This document shows, one piece after another, positions 63,181 to 64,000 of a stretch of 64,000 nucleotides of DNA. This DNA comes from Haliotis rufescens (lineage: Eukaryota), in contig NW_025964358.1 of NCBI RefSeq assembly GCF_023055435.1, forward strand, positions 744,001 to 808,000, given 5' to 3'. A program made the translations under genes and the position numbers. Numbering within the stretch: the stretch's first letter is position 1; every line of letters starts with the position of its first letter. Below the pieces are notes generated by a model. It searched no databases. It had not been told where the DNA came from and worked only from the letters and a program-made list of their open reading frames with translations.

Positions 63181-63657
63181 ATTCCGACAGCACCTTGTTG
63201 AGTGGGGTACCTATAGCAGGTGTTGCAACAGACAATGTCTACCAGTATCAGTCTGTTACCACCCGTGGCGTCCGCTTGACACAAAGAGGTAACTGTATTC
63301 CGGCCCTCGTGTTCTGGTTATAACGGGCCTCAAACGACGCCCAAATTGCCTTGGTCGCCAACGACGGCGACACTGACAATAACATGTACGAGATCGTCAT
63401 TGGAGGATTTGGCAACACAAAGTCTGTCATCCGAGAAAGTAAGCAGGGCACAAACGAGGCATTTGCTCTTCACAAGCCTCTCTCTCCGGATCAGCATTTA
63501 CCATTCTGGATAAGCTATGAAGACGGTCGTGTAGCAGTGGGATATGGCATCACTGTCGGAAGACGGGAGTTCATGTCGTGGACAGACGCAACACCCAACA
63601 AAATCAGATACGTCAGCATCACCACGGGATTTGGCTCTGATGGACACTGGCTCTTCT
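63181..63657 (+). pseudogene. FAMeT-like gene B, exon 4 (domain 2) with in-frame TAA insertion at 63321-63323
   Basis: TTCCTTCAG| DSDSTLLSGVPIAGVATDNVYQY..FWL*RASNDAQIAL..; 477 nt = A exon 4 plus 3 nt; donor T|GTGAGT. Confidence 0.85.
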
Positions 63658-64000
63658 GTGAGTATTTGAAAACGTGTTCTTAAACATAACGGATACATGT
63701 GTATCAACTATAAGAAATAATGTGTGAATATCAAAACGTGTTATTGGATGTTTTAGGCCACATATTATGCATTTAACATAGGATGCTGATATTTCTATAA
63801 AAATTGTAAGATGAAAGCGACTTCAACCCATCGAATAATACAATGACCAATTTCACATAAAATGCATTGATTCACAATTTTTAGTTATAAAAATACAGTA
63901 CCTCAAAAATCACATATATCTTGATAAAACAAAAAAAGCAAACGTTGGGGATCAGGCCATGGTTAATACACTTTGAGTAAAACATTTGTGGGCTGGTGTC

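Noticed and set aside
33710-63657. Assigning the gene symbol FAMeT or CPAMD8
   Set aside because: Only domain-level similarity is supportable; orthology and enzymatic function are not

Overview
Eukaryotic, intron-rich, repeat-dense genomic DNA. The repeat families and gene types suggest a mollusc, probably a gastropod such as abalone (inference only). There is one 151-N assembly gap. By reading splice sites and frames by hand I reconstruct four protein-coding genes. (1) A minus-strand giant secreted Thr/Ser/Pro mucin-like gene: signal-peptide exon 16299-16242, one ~10.5-kb repeat exon 14706-4210, and a probable short non-repetitive terminal exon 3670-3417. (2-4) A plus-strand tandem cluster of signal-peptide-bearing FAMeT-like (Methyltransf_FA / CPAMD8-type) domain genes: a single-domain gene (33710-~41083) and a duplicated pair of two-domain genes (A 45433-~52174; B 56008->63657). 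Notable points: a 43-bp minisatellite that has amplified an exon end together with its GTAAGT splice donor ten times; exon-restricted near-identity between A and B consistent with gene conversion; an in-frame TAA insertion in B; and an orphan transmembrane-coding exon that could membrane-anchor the single-domain protein. The rest is transposon-derived: four SINE-like families with TSDs, Tc1 and mariner relics, LINE fragments, MITEs, a Crypton-like relic, and a Penelope-like insertion with a degenerate hammerhead-like motif. All gene models and family assignments are manual, with no database search or transcript support.
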